DNA from: a virus
Taxonomy: Duplodnaviria > Caudoviricetes
Strand: one strand, 5' to 3'
Virus record (IMG/VR): IMGVR_UViG_3300033067_000549
Span: 1 to 51,262 of that record
DNA: 51,262 nt
The position numbers and the translations under genes were made by a program. Of this stretch, positions 50,853-51,262 are shown in pieces. How positions within the stretch are numbered: position 1 is the stretch's first letter; the number at the start of each line of letters is the position of its first letter. The notes below the pieces were generated by a model. The model ran no database searches and was not told the origin of the DNA. It worked only from the letters and a program-made list of their open reading frames with translations.

Positions 50853-51262
50853 GTGATCGACCTCGCGGCCACGATTGCGGCCATGCGAGCCGCCGGGATG
50901 GATGACACCACCGTCCTCAATGCTCTGGCATGTGTCCGGCTTGTCCGTGCGGACAATGATGCAGTTCCACCGGACAGTCCACCGGACACGGCAGCGGACA
51001 AGCGCCGCGCCTATGACCGGGACCGCAAGGCCAAGATGAGGGCCGAGGCCCGCGCTCGTGCGCTGGCGTCCACCGGAGGGCAAGCGGACGGGCAGGAAGT
51101 TCCGGCGGAAAGTCCACCGGACACCGGGACAACCCCCGCCCCCGCCTCCGCCCCCCTTGTTCCCCCCCTTTCCCCTGCACCCCTATCCCCCCCTATAATC
51201 CCCCCACCTCCACCCCCACCCCCGGGCGACGAGCCCGAGCCGCCGGTCAAAACCCGCAAGGG
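50853..51262 (+). CDS. N-terminal half of phage replication initiator (continues at 65-401)
   Basis: GGAGG RBS, GTG 50853; no stop before the window end; KRRAYDRDRK motif, Pro-rich linker, in-frame join. Confidence 0.8.
   Translation, partial: MIDLAATIAAMRAAGMDDTTVLNALACVRLVRADNDAVPPDSPPDTAADKRRAYDRDRKAKMRAEARARALASTGGQADGQEVPAESPPDTGTTPAPASAPLVPPLSPAPLSPPIIPPPPPPPPGDEPEPPVKTRK
50941..51122. repeat. putative iterons / replication origin inside the initiator gene
   Basis: TCCACCGGA at 50966, 50978, 51069 and 51113; variant TCCGGCGGA at 51101; palindrome TTGTCCG-TG-CGGACAA at 50941. Confidence 0.6.
51208..51262. repeat. 55-bp terminal direct repeat, right copy
   Basis: Identical to 10-64. 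Confidence 0.95.

Overview
The window is an apparently complete, GC-rich tailed-phage genome. Bases 10-64 repeat exactly at 51208-51262, giving a unit length of about 51,198 bp, and a replication-initiator gene reads in frame across that junction. The architecture is podovirus-like: TerS, TerL, T7-type portal, scaffold, HNH, major capsid, tail adaptor and nozzle, ejection proteins, two giant polyvalent virion proteins, a tail fibre and a lysis cassette. There is also a leftward RecE/RecT/SMC-like recombination operon, a rightward RuvC-like / MT-A70 methylase / initiator operon, and a leftward block of small early genes. The host is probably an alphaproteobacterium (inference from gene families). 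No integrase, DNA polymerase, tRNA, CRISPR array or reverse transcriptase was recognised. Best findings: (1) a 78-aa gene with its own sigma70-like promoter and GGAGG RBS lies antisense inside the polyvalent gene, directly behind a RelA/SpoT-like domain, and is a candidate embedded antitoxin; (2) a 688-bp transposase-less IS1595/ISNwi1-type cassette (22-bp TIRs, 8-bp TSD) carries a cytosine-methylase-like gene; (3) a stand-alone CapW/BrxR-like winged HTH lacks its WYL sensor domain; (4) a second ORF is overprinted in the polyvalent gene; (5) the tail fibre begins with a signal peptide. All family calls are by-eye motif recognition, not database searches.
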